64,000 bases of DNA from a bacterium (GTDB lineage Bacteria > SAR324 > JACQKK01). The notes under the pieces were generated by a model. The model was not told the origin of the DNA and did not search any database. It worked only from the letters and a program-made list of their open reading frames with translations. The DNA lies in NCBI GenBank assembly GCA_965240465.1, contig OZ251219.1, forward strand, positions 672,001 to 736,000, given 5' to 3'. The position numbers were made by a program, and so were the translations under genes. This document shows positions 57,790 to 64,000 of this stretch, piece by piece. Every line of letters begins with the position of its first letter. Within the stretch, counting starts at the first letter, position 1.

Positions 57790-57922
57790 GGCTGCTTAGT
57801 GTCTCGGCTCTTAGTGTCTTTGCTGCTTAGTGTCTCGGCTGCTTAGTGTCTTTGCTACTTAGTGTCTTTGCTACTTAGTGTCTCGGCTGCTTAGTGTCTC
57901 GGCTGCTTAGTGTCTCGGCTGC
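57790..57922. repeat. Intergenic tandem repeat in the divergent promoter region
   Basis: GCTGCTTAGTGTCTCG-like units x8. Confidence 0.85.
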
Positions 57923-58068
57923 CTTTGTTCTTGCTTTGGCCGCCCAGCAATAAATCATCTCATGTTTCCAGTCAGTTTGGGGATTATTATTATAGACTAT
58001 AAATTCATATCTTTGGTTTTGATAAGGCTCTTTGCTTTCTTGTTGGCCCATCATACATCTTTTAGCTT

Positions 58069-59289
58069 ATGTCCCTCAACAAACATCCCGCTGCTAAGAC
58101 CTTCATTTTTCCTCATCCCTTCTACTTTGAAACTACCTGGATGGGTAATCCTGAGCAAATATCTCAGCTGGAAGTAGCTTATGAAATTTGGGGAGATCCG
58201 TCCCATCCGACCATTTTAATTTGCCATCCCCTAAGCGTCAACACCCACTGCACCGACACCCACTGCACCGACACCCACTGCACCGACACCCACTGCACCG
58301 ACACCCACTTTGCTAACACCCACTGCACCGACAAACCCGATGGCACAGGTCCTTCTAATTCAGGTAGAAACAGAGCTTGGTGGTCGGCTATGGTGGGTCC
58401 TAACAAGCCTATTGATACCAATCGTTTTCAGGTAATTTGTACCAACATGATAGGAGGTTGCGGTGGTAGCAGTGGCCCTGCTTCTATGAATCCCAAGACC
58501 AAAATGCCCTACCGACTACATTTCCCAGTGGTCACCATCGGAGATATCGTACGTTCACAACATCTATTGTTGCAATCATTGGGGATTGAACGCTTGCATG
58601 CGGTTGTTGGCGGTAGCATGGGAGGTTTTCAAGCCTTGGAGTGGGCGATCTCTTATCCTTTGATGGTGGATAACATCATCGTAATCGCCTCGGGACCATA
58701 TTCCACTCAGTTTCAGATCATGACTAATCGGGTACAGATTGAATCTATCCAGCGCGACGGACTATATCAGCAAGGACATTATCGGGCTGGTAATGAACCT
58801 AATTCAGGCTTAATTGTAGCTCGAAAGATTGGTCATACCACCTTTATTGCTCCTCAAGCAATGGAGCAAAAATTTGTTAAATACTACCAGAGTATGCAAA
58901 AACCGGTTGAAGATACCGATTTTCACTCGTTAAGACTCCACGAAGCGGAAAGTTATCTTCGTCATGTTTCCACTGCTTTCAGCCAATATTTTGACGCCAA
59001 TAGTATGATTTATATGTTGCAAACTTGGAGTCATTTTGATTTGAAAGCCAAGTATGGTCCTCTGGCGGGAGCACTTTCTTCCTCTAAAGCCCGCATTTTG
59101 AGCATTTGTGCTAACAGAGATAATCTGTTTCCGCCTTTCTTGTCGCGTGTTATTCAACGGGAAGCCTTAAAAGCTGGCCTCAAGAGCCAGTTGATAGTAC
59201 TCAGAGAACCCTATGGACACGATTTCTTCTTGCTACCAGAGATTATCACTTCTAAGCTGGCACCAATTATTGAGCCCTTCTTAGCTTGA
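58069..59289 (+). CDS. metX: Homoserine O-acetyltransferase family
   Basis: ICHPLS, GGCGGSSGP, GGSMGG nucleophile elbow, FDANS, YGHDFFL. Confidence 0.9.
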   Translation: MSLNKHPAAKTFIFPHPFYFETTWMGNPEQISQLEVAYEIWGDPSHPTILICHPLSVNTHCTDTHCTDTHCTDTHCTDTHFANTHCTDKPDGTGPSNSGRNRAWWSAMVGPNKPIDTNRFQVICTNMIGGCGGSSGPASMNPKTKMPYRLHFPVVTIGDIVRSQHLLLQSLGIERLHAVVGGSMGGFQALEWAISYPLMVDNIIVIASGPYSTQFQIMTNRVQIESIQRDGLYQQGHYRAGNEPNSGLIVARKIGHTTFIAPQAMEQKFVKYYQSMQKPVEDTDFHSLRLHEAESYLRHVSTAFSQYFDANSMIYMLQTWSHFDLKAKYGPLAGALSSSKARILSICANRDNLFPPFLSRVIQREALKAGLKSQLIVLREPYGHDFFLLPEIITSKLAPIIEPFLA

Positions 59290-59295
59290 TGCTTT

Positions 59296-59787
59296 ATGAA
59301 CTCTCGTCCACAGCTAGATGAAAAATTTATGCAGGAGGCCATTCGCCAAGCCCAAAAAGCGGTGATAAGCTGTGGTAGCAACCCTCCTGTCGGCTGTGTG
59401 ATCGTCTACCAGCAGGACATCATCGCCAAGGGGTATACTCACGAAGGCACCCACGCAGAAATTCAGGCTCTCAATCAGCTCGGAGGGGGGGGGGCATCCC
59501 TTACCCAAGCCGAAATTTTTATCACCCTGGAACCATGTTGCTTCCATGGACGCACCCCTCCTTGCACCGAGGCCCTTATCAAAGTTCGGCCCCAGAGGGT
59601 GATCATTGCTCACCGAGATCCTCATCCCCTAGTCAGAGGGCGCGGCATCGCCACTCTTAGACAAGCTCAAATCAAGGTCACCGAAGGAATATTGACCCCC
59701 CAAGTAGCCCTGATAATCAAGCCCTGGTTGGCTCGTTTTCCAGCCCTAGTGCCTCAGAAAACCGTCAGGGCTGATTTAGATCGATAG
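59296..59787 (+). CDS. ribD: RibD-type diaminohydroxyphosphoribosylaminopyrimidine deaminase domain (no reductase domain)
   Basis: NPPVGCVIV, HAEIQAL, TLEPCCFHGRTPPC, DPHPLV.GRG. Confidence 0.8.
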   Translation: MNSRPQLDEKFMQEAIRQAQKAVISCGSNPPVGCVIVYQQDIIAKGYTHEGTHAEIQALNQLGGGGASLTQAEIFITLEPCCFHGRTPPCTEALIKVRPQRVIIAHRDPHPLVRGRGIATLRQAQIKVTEGILTPQVALIIKPWLARFPALVPQKTVRADLDR

Positions 59788-59917
59788 CCTTAGTAGTCTT
59801 TGGTTAATTATACTATCAGCAATGGTAGTTATCTTGCATCCTTAGCGTGTTATGATGAGTACTACTAAGTCATCTTCCTAGGCTACTCTTTTATTCTGAT
59901 TCGCGTTCATAGTATTT

Positions 59918-61177
59918 ATGGTTAAATCCAAACAAAATGTGTTGCGTTGTTCCTTCTGTGGTAAATCGCAAAACGATGTCCGAAAAATCATTGCCGGCCC
60001 GACGGTCTATATCTGCAATGAGTGCGTTGAACTCTGCAACGACATCATGGAAGAAGAATGTAGCCGAGAAAAAAATACATCCCCAAAACGCGTTATCCTC
60101 AAACCACACGAAATTAAGGAAAAACTGGATAACTATGTGATCGGGCAAGAACACTCCAAAAAGGTTCTATCAGTCGCGGTCTACAATCACTATAAGCGAA
60201 TCCGCCTCGCCGGCAACAGCGATGTAGAACTGCAAAAAAGCAACATCCTCCTCATCGGCTCTACCGGCACTGGCAAAACCCTACTCGCCCAAACCATGGC
60301 TCGTCTTTTGAATGTCCCCTTTGCCATGACCGATGCCACCACCCTCACCGAAGCTGGCTACGTGGGCGAAGATGTAGAAAACATCATCCTTAAACTGCTC
60401 CAAAATGCCAACTACGATATAACACGCGCTCAAGAAGGTATAATCTACATAGACGAAATTGATAAAATCGCCCGCAAAAGTGAAAACGTCTCCATCACCA
60501 GAGATGTCTCCGGCGAAGGAGTTCAGCAAGCACTCCTCAAAGTAATGGAAGGAACCATCGCCAACATCCCTCCCCAAGGAGGGCGTAAACACCCTCAACA
60601 AGAATTCCTCCAAGTGGATACTTCCAACATACTCTTCATCTGCAGTGGCGCTTTCGTCGGACTGGAAAAAATCATCTCTCAACGAGTTGATAAAAAAACC
60701 ATCGGCTTTGGCTCTCCCACCAATAAAGGTAAAAAAGACCAAATACTAAAACAAGTGGAAGCAGAAGACCTATTCAAATATGGCCTCATCCCCGAATTCG
60801 TAGGACGAATCCCCGTCATCAGCACCCTAGATGAACTCTCACACCAAGACCTAGTACACATCCTCACCAAACCCAAAAACGCCATCAGTAAGCAATATCG
60901 CAAACTATTTGAACTGGAAGGCATTGAACTAGATATCACTGAGGAAACCCTTCAACTGGTCGCCAGTGAAGCCATCCGACGCCACACCGGAGCACGGGGA
61001 CTTAGGGTTATCTTGGAAAAATCAATGCTGGAAATAATGTATCGCATCCCCTTGCTGGATAAACTTAAAAAAGTCGTCATCGTACCCGATGTCATCCGAC
61101 GTAAGTCAGAACCTCTGCTGGTCTTTGAGGATAAACCTAAACAATCTCCCAAAATGAAACTCAGAGTCAGCAGCTAA
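59918..61177 (+). CDS. clpX: ATP-dependent Clp protease ATP-binding subunit
   Basis: CSFCGK zinc domain, [33 protein letters not shown] loop. Confidence 0.98.
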   Translation: MVKSKQNVLRCSFCGKSQNDVRKIIAGPTVYICNECVELCNDIMEEECSREKNTSPKRVILKPHEIKEKLDNYVIGQEHSKKVLSVAVYNHYKRIRLAGNSDVELQKSNILLIGSTGTGKTLLAQTMARLLNVPFAMTDATTLTEAGYVGEDVENIILKLLQNANYDITRAQEGIIYIDEIDKIARKSENVSITRDVSGEGVQQALLKVMEGTIANIPPQGGRKHPQQEFLQVDTSNILFICSGAFVGLEKIISQRVDKKTIGFGSPTNKGKKDQILKQVEAEDLFKYGLIPEFVGRIPVISTLDELSHQDLVHILTKPKNAISKQYRKLFELEGIELDITEETLQLVASEAIRRHTGARGLRVILEKSMLEIMYRIPLLDKLKKVVIVPDVIRRKSEPLLVFEDKPKQSPKMKLRVSS

Positions 61178-61276
61178 AAATACCTCAAATCCTACCAAAC
61201 GCCCTGCCAAACGCCCTGCCAAACGCCCTGCCAAACGCCCTGCCAACAAAACCCAATTATAAACACCCCACCCACC

Positions 61277-61711
61277 ATGATAGATATAAACAAATGCATC
61301 CAAAACGCCATGAAGGCTCAACAACCCGACCTGCTCGTAGGTTGGCGTTCCCTTAAATCCAAAGCCAGCCACAAACTCACCGCCGCTGGCCGACAGCAAA
61401 AAACCCTCTCCGATGCTGAATGGCTCGCACTCATCCAGCGCGAACTAAAAGAACGTCAAGAAGCCAATGAATACCTCTCACCTACCCATCCCGACCACGC
61501 CATCAATCAGGCTATTATAACTGAACTCCAAACTCGGCTACCCAAACCCCTCAGCGAAGCAGAACTCACAAAACTAGTCGCAGAAACCATCAAATCCTGC
61601 CAAGCTAAATCGCCACAGGATTTCGGGGCAATTATGGGCAAACTAAAGGCTCAGCCAAGGGTGGATATGGATAAGGCGGCTGGCTTGGTTAAAAAGACCC
61701 TCGCTGGGTGA
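61277..61711 (+). CDS. GatB/YqeY domain protein
   Basis: AMKA..., IQRELKERQEA, LPKPLSEAEL, DFGAIMG. Confidence 0.8.
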   Translation: MIDINKCIQNAMKAQQPDLLVGWRSLKSKASHKLTAAGRQQKTLSDAEWLALIQRELKERQEANEYLSPTHPDHAINQAIITELQTRLPKPLSEAELTKLVAETIKSCQAKSPQDFGAIMGKLKAQPRVDMDKAAGLVKKTLAG

Positions 61712-61808
61712 TAAGGGGGGGGATTTTTATTGACTTTTATTAAGTAGTGTGCTATGCAAGTAGTGCGGGGTGTGTTGGGTTTGGTTACTTTAGAAAAGTG
61801 AGGAAGAG

Positions 61809-62834
61809 ATGAGTAAGACGAGCAGTTACAGTAGTGGAACAAAAATTAGAATTAAGGCGACTCACAGAAAATTAGATGAATTAGTAGAGTCCCTAGATGA
61901 TTTTACAATCCAAATACCCATCTTTCAGCGTAATTTTGTATGGAATCTAAAACAATCAGCAAAATTATTGGACAGCATTATTAAGGGTTATCCGATCGGT
62001 TCTCTTATTTTATGGGAGACAAAAGAAGATTTAAGACGAGCGGAAACTGATGGGTTCCCTACAGGAAACATCAAGGATGGACATAATTATAATTATGTTT
62101 TGGATGGTCAGCAAAGAGTTGCCAGCATCTATTTTGTTATAAAGGGTATTAAGCGTAAAGGTAAAGGAGATAATTATTCAACAATAGGGATTTTAGATAA
62201 AGGAAATGAGGAAAAAGACATAGTTATTGTATTAAACAAGGAGCAGATAAAAAGTGGTAATTTCACCAGCATACAAGACTTATTTTCAACCAATTATAAA
62301 GGTAACCTTACGGAGTATCGTGATAGACTTAGGGGTTATACTATACCTGCTGCGGATTTGATTGGTACAGAGATGGATGAAACAGTTCAAATGTTTATCA
62401 GAATAAATACCAGTGGAACAAAACTGGGTATATTTGATGTAATGTGTGCAAAGACTTATGAAAAAGGTAAATTTGATCTACGTAAAAAATGGAATGAACT
62501 AGAAAAAGAACTTAAAAACCGAGGACAAGTAATCTATGATTTATTTCCCGTTAATATCCTTAGAGCCGTATCTCTTACATTTCATAGAGAGTCAACCGAT
62601 AAGGCTATGTTAGATGCTAATAAAAAAGATTTTATTGATAATTGGGACAAAATAAAACAGGCTGTTTTTGACACAGTACAGCTTTTTAGGGGTTATGGTG
62701 TACTTTCAATTGATGATGTTCCTTATGGTCCGTTGCATGTTTTATTCATTTGTATGCATCTCCGAATGAAAATAGAGGAAAGTGAAGGTGTTTCAAAAAA
62801 TAAAAACCTCAACTTTTCAGAAATAAAAAACTAG
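61809..62834 (+). CDS. GmrSD-like DUF262 domain protein, N-terminal frame
   Basis: IPIFQRNFVW, LLDSI.KGYPIGSLILW, VLDGQQR, FIRINTSG; low GC. Confidence 0.85.
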   Translation: MSKTSSYSSGTKIRIKATHRKLDELVESLDDFTIQIPIFQRNFVWNLKQSAKLLDSIIKGYPIGSLILWETKEDLRRAETDGFPTGNIKDGHNYNYVLDGQQRVASIYFVIKGIKRKGKGDNYSTIGILDKGNEEKDIVIVLNKEQIKSGNFTSIQDLFSTNYKGNLTEYRDRLRGYTIPAADLIGTEMDETVQMFIRINTSGTKLGIFDVMCAKTYEKGKFDLRKKWNELEKELKNRGQVIYDLFPVNILRAVSLTFHRESTDKAMLDANKKDFIDNWDKIKQAVFDTVQLFRGYGVLSIDDVPYGPLHVLFICMHLRMKIEESEGVSKNKNLNFSEIKN

Positions 62835-63520
62835 AAGAATTTTTCTGGGGAGCTTCCTTTTCTGAAAGATACAATCAGGCAGTAAATTCTAAGACAAAAT
62901 CGGATAGAGAAGTAATTGATAATATTGTTAAGAACCCCGAGTACGATCTTAAAAAAGCCTTTCAAAGTGATTTTTTTGGTGATCTACTGAAGCCCGCAAA
63001 AATTGAAAGCTTTTCAAAAAATGGTGCTTTTGGAAAAGCTGTCTTGTGTATTCTTGCTGAACTAGTCCCACGTTCTCCTCGGGATGGTAGAAAGGTTGAA
63101 ACAGATAGAGGTAATGTAACAGATAAAAAGAGTCAGAATCTTCATCATTTCTTTCCTAAAAAATATCTTAAAGGAACAAGATTACCCCCGAAACTTGACG
63201 ATAGTATTGGAAACATCATATTTTTAGATAAACAATCAAATACTAAAATAGGAGCAAAAGGACCTAGGAAATATTTAGGTGATTATGTAAAGCATCTTGG
63301 AGAAGATAAATTACAGGAAAGACTAGACACACATTTAATAGATTTAATATATCTAGAAAAAGAAAAAAAAGATGGGTTACTGAATTATGAAGAAACTCAA
63401 GAAGGAATTAAAAAAGCCTATGAAAAATTCCTAAATAATCGTTGTAAGCGTATTTCAGATGAAATAAAAAAACTAATTCCTTCCTTGCTAGACGAAGAAA
63501 ACACCCAACCTACCACCTAA
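62825..63520 (+). CDS. -1 frame continuation of the GmrSD-like protein with HNH-like C-terminal motif
   Basis: Frame open from 62804: KKLEEFFWGASFSERY...NLHHFFPK...SIGNIIFLDKQSNTKIG; no good independent start. Confidence 0.7.
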   Translation, partial: KKLEEFFWGASFSERYNQAVNSKTKSDREVIDNIVKNPEYDLKKAFQSDFFGDLLKPAKIESFSKNGAFGKAVLCILAELVPRSPRDGRKVETDRGNVTDKKSQNLHHFFPKKYLKGTRLPPKLDDSIGNIIFLDKQSNTKIGAKGPRKYLGDYVKHLGEDKLQERLDTHLIDLIYLEKEKKDGLLNYEETQEGIKKAYEKFLNNRCKRISDEIKKLIPSLLDEENTQPTT

Positions 63521-63668
63521 TTAGCCAAGAACCTCTCGCAGTTTTCAGGCGGTTGATTTTCATTTTTCATGTACTGGAAGACGATATGGATTATCTAACT
63601 GCCAGATTGAAAAAAAAAGGGATCTTAAACTAAAAATTTGTTTAATTATGTTTTAGGTAGAATGCTCT

Positions 63669-64000
63669 ATGTCTGAAGAAAAAGATATTAAATTAATTAT
63701 CACTATAAATAATACTGAGCCTATTAGCTTAAAAGATTTATCTGTCGGTTTAAATTCTTTTGCTACTCTGTATAAAGATTTCAATCAGGATAACAAGGAA
63801 TATCAACTGTTAGTACATGAGGTAAGGAAAGGCAGTATGGTAATGGAGTTAATTGCTTCATGCTTTCCTTTGATACCGTTAGCGAACGATTTAATCATAC
63901 AATTTGGCCATAACATGGAAGAACTTAAAATTTATTTTAAAAAAAATAAAACAGTAAGAAATCAACCTCCAAGCATTAATAAACTAATAACTGGTAATTT
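63669..64000 (+). CDS. Hypothetical protein, low GC (runs off window end)
   Basis: Open frame MSEEKDIKLIITINNTEPISLKDL...VHEVRKGSMVMEL to the window edge. Confidence 0.6.
   Translation, partial: MSEEKDIKLIITINNTEPISLKDLSVGLNSFATLYKDFNQDNKEYQLLVHEVRKGSMVMELIASCFPLIPLANDLIIQFGHNMEELKIYFKKNKTVRNQPPSINKLITGN

Overview
Bacterial chromosomal window. Gene content and style suggest a delta-proteobacterial/SAR324-like, possibly host-associated organism, but this is a weak inference. Housekeeping genes flank it: nuoK/J/G/F/E, dnaB, hemD, hemA, pgsA, tgt, rplT and rpmI on the left; uvrB, a Fur/PerR regulator, a DnaC-like ATPase, lpxB, rpoZ, metX, a RibD deaminase and clpX on the right. The centre is a ~25-kb array (18962-43931) of six large lipoprotein genes with thrombospondin type-3-like and GLUG repeats, plus the relic of a seventh. 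Each of the six genes has its own sigma70 promoter, and the genes are mosaics of shared blocks. The standout is the ORF-free interval 44076-44790, directly after the array. There a TTGACA-17-TACACT promoter precedes a ~590-670 nt sequence with a 21-nt 5'/3' closing helix, more than a dozen nested hairpins, GNRA loops and a pseudoknot. This is a candidate large structured ncRNA in the GOLLD/ROOL/OLE size class, bracketed by two direct copies of the repeated terminator element that also follows several lipoprotein genes. Other points: a GmrSD-like gene split at an in-phase A_AAA_AAC slippery site, an orphan TIR gene, a probably inactive CHAT-NTPase protein, a standalone LigA-Ia-like domain, pervasive short tandem-repeat expansion, and a strand skew that appears to flip along transcription units. 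All calls are by eye; no searches were run.
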